A DNA stretch of 64,000 nucleotides from a virus, in the IMG/VR virus record IMGVR_UViG_3300042453_004661, positions 60,586-124,585 of that record. One strand, given 5' to 3'. Below the pieces are notes generated by a model, which saw only the letters and a list, made by a program, of their open reading frames with translations, ran no database searches and was not told where the DNA came from. This document shows, piece by piece, positions 39,732 through 48,623 of this stretch. Position 1 is the stretch's first letter. Every line of letters begins with the position of its first letter. A program made the translations under genes and the position numbers.

Positions 39732-40762
39732 TTTCTCCCGAGCCTCTGCCCTGCCAAATAAGCATCGGAAGGATTTAATGCGCCCAGGCTAAACCTAACC
39801 ATGCCTGGGGCCCCAAAGGCTTCGCCTTTAACAAATCTGACTTCAGATTGCATATTGAGTCCATCTGCAGGAAGCCATACAAACATTCCGCCCCTGGACA
39901 ATACAGACTGAGCTGTCTGTTCGTCAATCGCACTTCCTAGACCTTTGATGAAGCTTTCCCGGTTAGCCTTAAAGGCACTAGAGCATTCTGAGTAAAACAT
40001 ATTCTTAGAGTAGGAATTTTCGTCCATCAAGGTAATGATGTCAGCAACCATATTTTGCGCCAAGGTGCAAACACCGCTAGTGATGATTTCGGTCAATTCC
40101 TGGAGATGAGAATCTAGCTCTTGCCACTTAGTAGTAACCCAGCCAACCCGAATTCCAGAAAGACCGTATCGTTTAGCTGCAGAGTAAACCTTGATGTCTG
40201 CTCCAAGATCTTCCAGCTTTTCAAATCCGTATGCTTTAGATTCATATACGGCATCATGAATTACTTTCAGTCCAGGCTTACTAAGGCGGATAGCGTCTAC
40301 AGACTCTCTGGAGGTAAGGGCGCTATTCGGATTATTTGGAGAGGTAATTAGGAGAACATCAGTAGATACATCAAGCGACCTGAAATTGTCTTCAGGACTA
40401 TTTACGACAAACTCTAGACCAGCCTCAGAGGCTATTGCGGGAAAAGAAACCCAGTAAGGGGCGTCAGAGAAGATCCTCTTGTACCCTAGCCTACTAAGGG
40501 CCTTGAACACTAAGAAGAGACCATTCTTTGCTCCAACGGTAACTGTGACCTTTTGAGAATACTTGCTCTCCAAGATCCTTACTAGGCGAGGGAGACCCCG
40601 GGGACCCTGGTAAGAATAATCGACTCTCCTGCTAGAGGTCATCCCTCTAAGAGAGCGGAAGTTGTTCATTAGTGACTCCCTTACTATAACAGCATCACCT
40701 ACACCCATATCGATCCATCCGAGAGGGAGAGGAGATTTTGCTAGTAGCATGTCTTTGTCCAT
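39728..40762 (-). CDS. PLP-dependent aminotransferase, class I/II
   Basis: SPNNPN, IHDAVY, YSAAKRYGLSGIRVGW (PLP lysine), VRFSLG. Confidence 0.85.
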   Translation of the reverse strand: MDKDMLLAKSPLPLGWIDMGVGDAVIVRESLMNNFRSLRGMTSSRRVDYSYQGPRGLPRLVRILESKYSQKVTVTVGAKNGLFLVFKALSRLGYKRIFSDAPYWVSFPAIASEAGLEFVVNSPEDNFRSLDVSTDVLLITSPNNPNSALTSRESVDAIRLSKPGLKVIHDAVYESKAYGFEKLEDLGADIKVYSAAKRYGLSGIRVGWVTTKWQELDSHLQELTEIITSGVCTLAQNMVADIITLMDENSYSKNMFYSECSSAFKANRESFIKGLGSAIDEQTAQSVLSRGGMFVWLPADGLNMQSEVRFVKGEAFGAPGMVRFSLGALNPSDAYLAGQRLGRK

Positions 40763-40856
40763 GAGAAACCCTTCCTGTTTTATATTTTACCCCGATCAGG
40801 GTAACTAAATCCAGTGAAAAAAACAATAAAAATCTCAAACGGTTAATTGAATTAGT

Positions 40857-40885
40857 TACATGAATTTTTATTAAAAATTTATGTA
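40857..40885. promoter_or_regulatory. AT-rich 29-bp near-perfect palindrome in the divergent intergenic region
   Basis: tacatgaattttta-t-taaaaatttatgta, one mismatch. Confidence 0.5.
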
Positions 40886-40961
40886 TTTTTTGTTTGTCTA
40901 GATAAAAGGACTATGAGAGTATGGATATGTAACATTCCCTACTAAGGGAGAGGAGACAAAT

Positions 40962-41138
40962 ATGGGACGAGTCAAGGCACAGTTGATTGAAGAGATGGAA
41001 AGCAACGATAACTGGGAAAATGAAATGGGAGACATGGAAGAGTACCAAGTCCATCTTCCTAAGAGCGTGAAAGAGAAAGACTTTTGGTCTTCTCTCGACC
41101 GTGAAGAAGAAGGAGACCCAGAAGAGCTTGATTTTTGA
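40962..41138 (+). CDS. Small acidic protein (58 aa; not in the ORF track)
   Basis: MGRVKAQLIEEMESNDNWENEMGDMEEY...EEEGDPEELDF; strong SD gaggag. Confidence 0.6.
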   Translation: MGRVKAQLIEEMESNDNWENEMGDMEEYQVHLPKSVKEKDFWSSLDREEEGDPEELDF

Positions 41139-41211
41139 TCTCTATAGGAGTATAGTAGTTCTTAGCATACAGGACTTCCTATTAGAGAAGAATCTTGCTT
41201 GTATAGTGACT

Positions 41212-41631
41212 ATGAAGAACACTAAGACTAAGAGAGAGACTACTACTAAGAAAGAAACAAAACCTAGTAAGGCTAATAACAACAAGAGTAACTACGGTTA
41301 CACAGTGACAAAGGAAATCAAGAATAAGGAGAATGAAAATAATCTCATGAACAGTGACAGACTCACAGGCTCTAAGCTAATCGAAACTGCATCGAAGATG
41401 CTGGCTCGAAAGCATAGATCAATTTCAAAAGACACTTGGCGTAAAGAAGCTTTTGACCTGTATGAACACAATGAAAGATTCGATGGAGAACTTGTCTCCC
41501 TAGACTGGTTTATGACTAAGCTAGAGGATCTAATTGCTGTTAAATATGGTCGGAAATCTGATGCTAAGGCTAATGAAGGAGAATATGATCTTCAAAGCTT
41601 CCTAGAAGCCAAGAAGAGAAATGACCTATGA
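41212..41631 (+). CDS. Hypothetical protein with Lys/Thr-rich N-terminus
   Basis: Probable ATG start within ORF 41101..41631; TTGATT-17-TATAGT lies upstream. Confidence 0.55.
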   Translation: MKNTKTKRETTTKKETKPSKANNNKSNYGYTVTKEIKNKENENNLMNSDRLTGSKLIETASKMLARKHRSISKDTWRKEAFDLYEHNERFDGELVSLDWFMTKLEDLIAVKYGRKSDAKANEGEYDLQSFLEAKKRNDL

Positions 41632-42020
41632 GTAGTTCTGAGCATAACTCTCTTTTTTCTTCCTTGAGAAGAACGGATATTAAGGCTGCACAACTCCTAG
41701 GGTTTATGGTTATTGAAACTGACCAATCCAACGGAGTTGATAATCTCTGGATGTCTAAGAATGGAATTACTCCTGCCAAAGACGAAAGAGGCGCAGATCT
41801 TGATCTTCCGTTCTTCTCCTCTTCTAACCATAGCGCCCTAGATCTCTTTACTGCTCTTGCTGATGTCTGTGCAGAGAGAGAGACTGGTCCCACAATGGAA
41901 TTGACCTTTGATGGCTTCTGGCATTTTAAGATTGGTGAGCTTACTTACCAAGGCGATTTTGCCCAGATCATCACTAAGGGTATTGTTGATTATTTCTGTA
42001 AGGATACCACAAATCTCTAG
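41628..42020 (+). CDS. Hypothetical protein
   Basis: ATGA-coupled ORF. Confidence 0.6.
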   Translation: MSSSEHNSLFSSLRRTDIKAAQLLGFMVIETDQSNGVDNLWMSKNGITPAKDERGADLDLPFFSSSNHSALDLFTALADVCAERETGPTMELTFDGFWHFKIGELTYQGDFAQIITKGIVDYFCKDTTNL

Positions 42021-42045
42021 TCAAAGACTTTGCGGTTAATGAATA

Positions 42046-42093
42046 TGTATCCTATTCTATACATTTTGTGTATTTTGTATGGAATAAGATACA
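42046..42093. other. 18-bp imperfect inverted repeat (intergenic hairpin)
   Basis: tgtatcctattctataca / tgtatggaataagataca with a 12-nt loop. Confidence 0.55.
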
Positions 42094-42142
42094 CCTGTAG
42101 CTCTAGGGTGGGGGATAGCCCCCTCTCAGAAACATATTTCAA

Positions 42143-42418
42143 ATGAAGGTTTTTGTATTTCAGACTGAAATTAGATTTTATGAACAAGACGGCTGGTCTA
42201 GTCCCTTACTATCTTGCTACATCACTAAGGGTGAGATGGTCTCTATAGGCTGTGACTCGACTGACACTAAGAAGTATTGGGTAATGAAAAACAAATCTAG
42301 CATCGACACTGACCAGATGTTTATCGATAAAAAAATTACAGAGGTTGTTAGGCAAGATGGCCTGGAGCCTACCCTAACAGACACAGAGCTTCTAAGGTCT
42401 AGGTCTTGGATCGCCTAG
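42143..42418 (+). CDS. Hypothetical protein
   Basis: ORF on the coding strand filling the gap. Confidence 0.45.
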   Translation: MKVFVFQTEIRFYEQDGWSSPLLSCYITKGEMVSIGCDSTDTKKYWVMKNKSSIDTDQMFIDKKITEVVRQDGLEPTLTDTELLRSRSWIA

Positions 42419-42447
42419 ATTGTTGTTTGGTATAATCTATTTGTATT

Positions 42448-43134
42448 ATGCCAAAACCCAAAAAGACATTGATCCTACCCAATAAGACACTCGCATCAGT
42501 CTTGATCTCTCGGGTTCCTTACTCAAAGAAATATAATTCAAAAGAAATACTTGAAGAATGTCAAAAAGTTGATCTTCGTGGATTGATATGTCTTTCTCTT
42601 CCTATTCATCTCGAGAATCCCATGAACAGCATGAAGCTAATCAACGAGCTAGCCGATGCCGGACTTCATCTTGTCGCCATAGTAAGCTGGCACAGAGATC
42701 GTCATATTGTAGCGTCCAGATCTAAGCGCCTTACTAATGCCTGGGAGCCCATCGCTATCTTTAGCAGATCAAAAGAATGGTTTATCGATAGGGATGGCCC
42801 GGCTCGTCCTAAGAGAGGGGCCGCAGGCAGGGAAGAGCAATTTGACGAAGACGAGTTCCTTACTTGCGTAGGAGACCATTGGCCTATTCGATGTGATCGT
42901 AGGGATCGAAGACTTATACCTTCGCAAGTTGTCCTGAATCTCATTCAGCTAGCAGGAATAGGCAAAGGCGATTCGGTATTAGATCCTTTTGGAAACCCAA
43001 CGATTAAAGAGCAATGCGATTCGTTAGGATTGAAATACATAGATTCTGGCCTAGATAACTCACTAAGAGATGAGTGGCAGAAAAAGAAATCAAAAAGCAA
43101 AAAACTTGATCAAGACGATCAGGATGACAATTAA
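42448..43134 (+). CDS. Degenerate N4/N6 DNA methyltransferase-like protein
   Basis: Beta-class motif order: LISRVPY (in place of DPPY/SPPY), WEPIAIFSR, GDSVLDPFGNPT (in place of DPFxGSGT). Confidence 0.5.
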   Translation: MPKPKKTLILPNKTLASVLISRVPYSKKYNSKEILEECQKVDLRGLICLSLPIHLENPMNSMKLINELADAGLHLVAIVSWHRDRHIVASRSKRLTNAWEPIAIFSRSKEWFIDRDGPARPKRGAAGREEQFDEDEFLTCVGDHWPIRCDRRDRRLIPSQVVLNLIQLAGIGKGDSVLDPFGNPTIKEQCDSLGLKYIDSGLDNSLRDEWQKKKSKSKKLDQDDQDDN

Positions 43135-43164
43135 CGCTCGGTATAATATGTTTTAAGGAGAATT

Positions 43165-44880
43165 ATGGGACAGCCTATACATTTTTTGGATAATGCGGAA
43201 CTGAGAAAAGAAGTAGCTAAAGCAATTTATGATTTGGCCAGGCTTGTTTCTGTGACTCTTGGGCCAGGTGGACGACCTGTATTGCTCGAGCAGGCCGATG
43301 GCAAACCTCCTCTTAGTACCAAAGACGGAGTGACCGTAGCTAGGCACTTTGCTGGCAAGAATGCAGTTTCTCGAGTAGTAGCAGATACTGCCCGGGAAGT
43401 ATGCGAAAGGACCGCCCGGATTGCTGGAGATGGAACGACCACAGCTATTGTCCTTGCTGATGCCCTAGTAAGGGAAGGCCAGGAATACATGAAAGCAAAT
43501 CCGGCCACAAGTCCCCAGAAGCTTACCAGGGAGCTTAGGGAAATCTTCCTTAAGAAAGTAAAGCCTATGGTTTTAGATCTCTCTAAGCCAGTAAAGGGCT
43601 TGTCTAAAGAAAAGGGCCTAGAGGCTATTACTCATGTTGCAAAAGTTTCAGCCAACCACGATATCGAAATTGCAGAAGCCGTAGCCAGGGGCGTAGACCT
43701 TGTTGGTGAGGACGGGATGATTATTGCGGAAGAAGGCGCCGGAGCAGAGACTACCGTCGTACACAGCGACGGCTTCCCCATCAATACCGGACTTAAAGAT
43801 CTAGGCGGATCTGCCTCTACTTCATTCGTAAATGGTTCTGCAGGAGAATGCAGACTTTCTAGCGGAGCTTATGTTCTGCTATATGATGGAGAGATCAGGG
43901 AGCCAGAGGCTCTTGTTCCGATCTTGAATTCTATTCATTCTGAAGTCGATGATAAGGGCCAGCCTCTACGAACTCCTCTTGTTATTTTTTGCCATGGATA
44001 TTCTGATCAGGTTCTAAAGATTCTTGCTCAAAACTTTCGACAAGGACGGTTTAGCTGTCTCCCTCTAACTACCCCACGGAATGGGCAGGCCCACTACCGC
44101 CAGGCCTTCTTGCATGACATGTCTGCCTATGTCGGTGGAGTAGTATTTGATCCCCATGGAGTAACTTTGGCCCAGGCTAATCCGGCTAATCTTGGATTCC
44201 TTGTGACAATTAAGGCAGGGCAATCCGAGACCGTAATTACTGCCGAGCCTGATGTAGAGAAAATCGAGGCTCGTATTGAAGACCTAAAAAAGCAAATGGA
44301 CAACTCTAGCGAATTTGACAAGGATCGCCTTCGCTATCGTATTGGCCAATTGTCTGGCGGTGTAGCCACCGTATTTGCTGGAGGAGTAACTGCCCTAGAA
44401 GCTAAAGAACGCCACGCTCGAGTAGTTGATGCTATCTCTGCTGTCCGGAGCGCTATGGACCTCGGGGTTGTGCCTGGGGGCGGATCTACCTTGCTGTATG
44501 TCTCCGGGAGGCTCAGTGATACTGGTCCCGAAAGCATCCTTAAAAGAGCCCTAATGGTTCCTTTTGCTCAGATTCTTAAGAATGCCGGAGCATTGAACAC
44601 AGAGAACGATGAAGAGAATGTCATGATGAGCGATATTGGACCTACATCAAATGATGGATTTATGGTCTTTGACGCTCTGGATATGAAATATGTAGACTGG
44701 TGGGAGGCAGGGATTTTGGACCCGGCCAAAGTCACTATTACTGCATTAGAAAATGCTTTATCAGTAGCTCAGCTATTGATGACCCTTGGTGGATTGGTAG
44801 CTTTGTCTCATACCGAAGGTGAACAACAGGTCAAGGCTATGCAAGAAGGCTTAATGAGAGCCATGAACCAGGAGGTATGA
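43165..44880 (+). CDS. groEL: Phage chaperonin, GroEL-like
   Basis: TLGPGG, TKDGVTVA, AGDGTTTA, GVVPGGG, ILDPAKV. Confidence 0.92.
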   Translation: MGQPIHFLDNAELRKEVAKAIYDLARLVSVTLGPGGRPVLLEQADGKPPLSTKDGVTVARHFAGKNAVSRVVADTAREVCERTARIAGDGTTTAIVLADALVREGQEYMKANPATSPQKLTRELREIFLKKVKPMVLDLSKPVKGLSKEKGLEAITHVAKVSANHDIEIAEAVARGVDLVGEDGMIIAEEGAGAETTVVHSDGFPINTGLKDLGGSASTSFVNGSAGECRLSSGAYVLLYDGEIREPEALVPILNSIHSEVDDKGQPLRTPLVIFCHGYSDQVLKILAQNFRQGRFSCLPLTTPRNGQAHYRQAFLHDMSAYVGGVVFDPHGVTLAQANPANLGFLVTIKAGQSETVITAEPDVEKIEARIEDLKKQMDNSSEFDKDRLRYRIGQLSGGVATVFAGGVTALEAKERHARVVDAISAVRSAMDLGVVPGGGSTLLYVSGRLSDTGPESILKRALMVPFAQILKNAGALNTENDEENVMMSDIGPTSNDGFMVFDALDMKYVDWWEAGILDPAKVTITALENALSVAQLLMTLGGLVALSHTEGEQQVKAMQEGLMRAMNQEV

Positions 44881-45815
44881 TGAAAAAATCAATAGAAAGT
44901 ATAAAACAAAAAGCGATCAAAGCAATACAAAAAGCAATAATCCCGCTATCAATAATTGCAGGAGTCGCTTTCTTGATTCTTGTAGGCGACGCACTCAAGT
45001 CTCCTCATCCTAGTAAGTTTACTGTAATGATTACTAATTTAAAAGGTAATAGCGGTGGATCTGGGTCTATTGTTGAAACATCTATCAGCGAATCTAAGAT
45101 TCTTACAAATGCCCATGTTTGTGTTGGAGCCCTAAAAGAAGGCGGTAAGGTCCGTAAAGTAAATGGTGAGGAATATCGTGTTACCGGATATCATCTTTCT
45201 GATGATCACGATCTATGCCTTGTCACTGTAGCCGCAGACCTAAAGCACTCTGCCAGGCTAGCCAGTAGTCCACCAAAGCCATATGATGAGGCAACTATAT
45301 CTGGCCATCCATCTCTACTTCCTAACCTACTAACTAAGGGTCATTTTAGCGGAAGAATGATTATTGAGGTCATGGTTGGGGCAAGAAAATGCACAGCTAG
45401 AGATGCCCAAGACCCTAAAACAGGAATACTGTGTGCTGTTTTTGGGATGGTTCCAATTGTAAAGTCTTTTGAGTCAGTAGTAGCTTCACCTACCATCATG
45501 CCCGGATCTAGCGGTAGCCCTGTACTGAATTCTGATAATGAGATATCCGGAGTCGTATTTGCTGGCTCTATGGGTCTTAGCTATGCATTCATAGTACCTT
45601 ATGAATCTGTCAGAAATTTTTTGCTTAAAGAGATGAAGAAAAAAGAACAAAAAGAAAAGCTTCGTCCTTGGGAGAATCCGGCAGAGGACGAAAAATCACA
45701 AGAAGAAGAGCTTGCTCAAAAATTAGCAGATAGTGTTCAAAAAGCTTGTAACGATCCGAATCACAAAGAAAAGCTTAAAGAAATTTGTGGTTCTTCATAC
45801 GGGAGGCATATATGA
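44877..45815 (+). CDS. Membrane-anchored trypsin-like serine protease
   Basis: N-terminal TM segment; triad LTNAHVC, DHDLCL, PGSSGSPV. Confidence 0.85.
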   Translation: MMKKSIESIKQKAIKAIQKAIIPLSIIAGVAFLILVGDALKSPHPSKFTVMITNLKGNSGGSGSIVETSISESKILTNAHVCVGALKEGGKVRKVNGEEYRVTGYHLSDDHDLCLVTVAADLKHSARLASSPPKPYDEATISGHPSLLPNLLTKGHFSGRMIIEVMVGARKCTARDAQDPKTGILCAVFGMVPIVKSFESVVASPTIMPGSSGSPVLNSDNEISGVVFAGSMGLSYAFIVPYESVRNFLLKEMKKKEQKEKLRPWENPAEDEKSQEEELAQKLADSVQKACNDPNHKEKLKEICGSSYGRHI

Positions 45816-46051
45816 GTGAAGAAAATAAACAACGGCTACCAGTCATTACAGTCATCTCTAGAGCAAACGCAAAAGGCTCAATAGATAAAACTTCCATAAT
45901 TCTTATGGACGGAAAAGTAATATCGGGTCTGGCAAACTTTAAAATAGAGATGGATGGCGAAGACCCTAGCGGTATCCCTACGGTAAATCTAAAAATAAAG
46001 GCTTTTGTCCAGGTAGTCCAGGAGCCATCTGATGAACAGCCTTCTAAGTAA
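45812..46051 (+). CDS. Hypothetical protein
   Basis: Probable start MSEENK with SD ggagg, ATGA-coupled. Confidence 0.55.
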   Translation: MSEENKQRLPVITVISRANAKGSIDKTSIILMDGKVISGLANFKIEMDGEDPSGIPTVNLKIKAFVQVVQEPSDEQPSK

Positions 46052-46358
46052 AATAAAAGAAAAGATATCATCCCTAGACTTGCTTAAGAAGATAGGGATG
46101 ATTATCTTCCTGCCCCTAATAGTTGTTTCTATTCTGCTGAAGATCACAAAGGCGATCCAGGGATCGATCAGAGAGAGTAGAATAAAAGAAACAGACGAAA
46201 GAGATAGGCAAATGATGGAAGAGATATCAAAAATTCAAAATGAAATCTCACGCAAAGAAGGAAAGCTAGAGGCTCTCCAGGAGGCGAAAAAAGAAGCCAT
46301 GGAATCATCTAAAGATGAAGATCCAGTTTCTTTTCATAATTCGAGGAAGAAAAAATGA
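46032..46358 (+). CDS. Single-TM coiled-coil protein (spanin-like candidate)
   Basis: One TM helix followed by a charged coiled coil. Confidence 0.4.
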   Translation: MNSLLSKIKEKISSLDLLKKIGMIIFLPLIVVSILLKITKAIQGSIRESRIKETDERDRQMMEEISKIQNEISRKEGKLEALQEAKKEAMESSKDEDPVSFHNSRKKK

Positions 46359-46756
46359 AAAAAATCATTTCCTTAGCCCTGCTATTGTCTATTTTTTCAA
46401 ATCTAGCAATGGCTGAATGTCCTCCGTCGGTTCTCCTAAAGCAGGGAGATAGGGTTACGGACTGCGCTAGGGTTGGATTAAGCCTTGAGTATGACGAGCA
46501 AGTTAGAAAAGACTTGATCGAGGGAGATTACAACAAGCATATCGTTGTCGAACAGCAGAAGATTATAGAGCTAAAAGATCTACAAATTAGACAAATTTCT
46601 GAAAATGCCGATCTCTGGAAGCAGGAGGCGAAACAAGAACGAGAAGCTTTAGATAAAGAAAGAAATAAAACAAACTGGGGCTTTTGGGGGGGACTAATTG
46701 GAGGAGTGGCCCTAACCGTTTTAGCCGGATGGGCAGTTGGTCAAGTAAGTAGGTGA
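46355..46756 (+). CDS. Exported coiled-coil protein with C-terminal TM helix
   Basis: Signal peptide ending AMA, coiled coil, Gly-rich C-terminal TM segment. Confidence 0.45.
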   Translation: MKKIISLALLLSIFSNLAMAECPPSVLLKQGDRVTDCARVGLSLEYDEQVRKDLIEGDYNKHIVVEQQKIIELKDLQIRQISENADLWKQEAKQEREALDKERNKTNWGFWGGLIGGVALTVLAGWAVGQVSR

Positions 46757-46759
46757 CAT

Positions 46760-47164
46760 ATGGAAGAGCATACACTGTGTATTATTAAGCCGGATGCATA
46801 TGAACATAAAGAAGCTATAATCGAAGCCGTTGTATCCAAGGGGTTTTCTATCGTTAATCAGGCAGATGAACACATTCCTTCTCACGAATGGAGAAAATTC
46901 TATTCCGAACATGAAGGAAAGCCATTTTTTGATGGCCTCATCAAGCATATGTCTAGCGGTCTTTGTTGTCTCCTGGTTTTGAAAAAAAGAAGCGCTGTAG
47001 CAGACCTTAGACAGATGATCGGAGCCACAGACCCAGCCAAGGCAAGAAAAGGCAGTCTCCGATCTAAGTATGGAACGGTTTCTCCTAAAAATGCCGTCCA
47101 TGGCTCAGACTCTCCAGAGTCGGCAAAACAAGAAATTGCAATGTTTTTTGGAGTCACTTTATGA
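46760..47164 (+). CDS. ndk: Nucleoside diphosphate kinase
   Basis: TLCIIKPDA, FYSEHEGKPFF, IGATDP, NAVHGSDS. Confidence 0.95.
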   Translation: MEEHTLCIIKPDAYEHKEAIIEAVVSKGFSIVNQADEHIPSHEWRKFYSEHEGKPFFDGLIKHMSSGLCCLLVLKKRSAVADLRQMIGATDPAKARKGSLRSKYGTVSPKNAVHGSDSPESAKQEIAMFFGVTL

Positions 47165-47313
47165 AGAGATCTTTATCTATCTTTTTGTTTTTCTTCATAT
47201 CTTTTTCTTTGTTTATGTATATTGGCAAAAAAGCCTACACTCTTAGTCAGCAAATATCTGGCGCCATCAATGACACTAGGGTTAAAGTAGAGAAGATTCA
47301 AGAAATTGATTGA
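47161..47313 (+). CDS. Small membrane protein (50 aa; not in the ORF track)
   Basis: MKRSLSIFLFFFISFSLFMYIGKK...; ATGA-coupled to ndk. Confidence 0.45.
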   Translation: MKRSLSIFLFFFISFSLFMYIGKKAYTLSQQISGAINDTRVKVEKIQEID

Positions 47314-47314
47314 T

Positions 47315-47635
47315 ATGCCGATCTATAAATATCTGTGTCAAAAATGCACCGCAGAGACCAAGCTGTTCAGGCCAGCTTCTCGAGCAGATGAGCTTCCAGA
47401 GTGTCGATGTGGCAATCATATGGCCAGGCAGATATCAGCCCCATCTCTACGGTCAATGGAAACCGCAGACGAATATCGAGACAAAAAGACTGTTCAAGAT
47501 GTTGGACAGATGTCACATGATAGGGCCAGGGAACACTGGAGAAAACACGAACTCCCCAGATTTATTGAGAAAAACGGCATAGAAGAGGCCATTAAAAACG
47601 GCTGGGTAAATCCAGACGGCACTCCTAAAATATAG
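47315..47635 (+). CDS. FmdB-family zinc-ribbon protein
   Basis: MPIYKYLCQKC...CRCG...RQIS. Confidence 0.7.
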   Translation: MPIYKYLCQKCTAETKLFRPASRADELPECRCGNHMARQISAPSLRSMETADEYRDKKTVQDVGQMSHDRAREHWRKHELPRFIEKNGIEEAIKNGWVNPDGTPKI

Positions 47636-47636
47636 C

Positions 47637-47665
47637 TTTACATTTGCCTAGCGATTCGATATACT
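47637..47665 (+). promoter_or_regulatory. Sigma70-type promoter
   Basis: TTTACA-17 nt-TATACT. Confidence 0.5.
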
Positions 47666-47696
47666 TTTCTTATCTCCTGTGGAGGGGGAAAGTATT

Positions 47697-47966
47697 ATGC
47701 TTAGTAAACTATTGAAATTGTCACTTAAGAATGCCATGTTTATAATGGCTTCTCATTTTGTTACTTTTGGTATCATGACCTTTGGAGCCCTATCCGCTTT
47801 TTCGGATCGCCTAGATGTTCAGGGCGGGACACTTGGTCAGGTTGCTATATCTGCCTTAATGGCCTCTTTTTTCTGTTGCGGATTTTCTATCCCATCAGTT
47901 ATTATGTTTTCTGGCCTTATGGCTCTTGATCAAACAAAGGAAGAGGCTCAAGATGGTCAAATTTAA
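47697..47966 (+). CDS. Two-TM membrane protein
   Basis: Two hydrophobic segments; probable start MLSK with SD ggaggg. Confidence 0.55.
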   Translation: MLSKLLKLSLKNAMFIMASHFVTFGIMTFGALSAFSDRLDVQGGTLGQVAISALMASFFCCGFSIPSVIMFSGLMALDQTKEEAQDGQI

Positions 47967-48321
47967 TATTATTTTTGCACTTCTTCTTCTGGCCTTGACT
48001 CCCAAGGCCGTAGCTGGTAGCATTACATCTACCATGATATCTTTTGGGTCTTTAGCCCCACATCCAGATGCTGCAAGGACGGCAATTAGCGCTATTCTTG
48101 TTCAGTCTGATGTTGGGCCACAAATCGACAATGCAGAGCGCCAATTAACCGATCAGGCAACTAGAAAAATAGCTTCTATTGTGGGATCAACTGATTCCCT
48201 GGGCGCCACAGCTTTTCTCATTAACAGCATTCGCCAAAGGAGGCTTAACGCAAGAGTAAGAAATAGTACCATTTCTATCAGTCCAGACAGAACCGAATTT
48301 TCAGTAACAATTCCATTTTAA
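47953..48321 (+). CDS. Exported hypothetical protein
   Basis: Probable start MVKFN; signal peptide ending AVA; terminal Phe. Confidence 0.5.
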   Translation: MVKFNIIFALLLLALTPKAVAGSITSTMISFGSLAPHPDAARTAISAILVQSDVGPQIDNAERQLTDQATRKIASIVGSTDSLGATAFLINSIRQRRLNARVRNSTISISPDRTEFSVTIPF

Positions 48322-48341
48322 CCCAAAACCAAGGAGAAACC

Positions 48342-48623
48342 ATGAGAGCAAAAAAAGAGAAAAAACCAAAACTTCCCGCAGGCATTACCGATGAATTTGT
48401 TGATCGGGTGTCTGCTCTAGACAACGATAGCAAGAAGGCTCTGATTGTAGAGCTTCAAAAGCATATCGATGATTCCAAAGAATTCTTGAAGACAAAACAA
48501 GAAATCGTAGATGCCCGGGAGGCCCTAAAAGAAATGGAAGGGCCAGCCAAAGAAACGATCAAGCACATGACCAACCGCACCAAATTCTTGATCGATGACC
48601 TTAAGAAAACAGGCGGGCTATGA
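48342..48623 (+). CDS. Hypothetical coiled-coil protein
   Basis: SD aaggag; helical composition. Confidence 0.6.
   Translation: MRAKKEKKPKLPAGITDEFVDRVSALDNDSKKALIVELQKHIDDSKEFLKTKQEIVDAREALKEMEGPAKETIKHMTNRTKFLIDDLKKTGGL

Noticed and set aside
28911-40762. Dnd/Ssp phosphorothioation system (PP-loop protein + PLP enzyme + ATPase + Rrf2)
   Set aside because: The PLP enzyme is class I/II, not a cysteine desulfurase; the ATPase is a classic AAA, not DndD-like; the genes are dispersed and on different strands.
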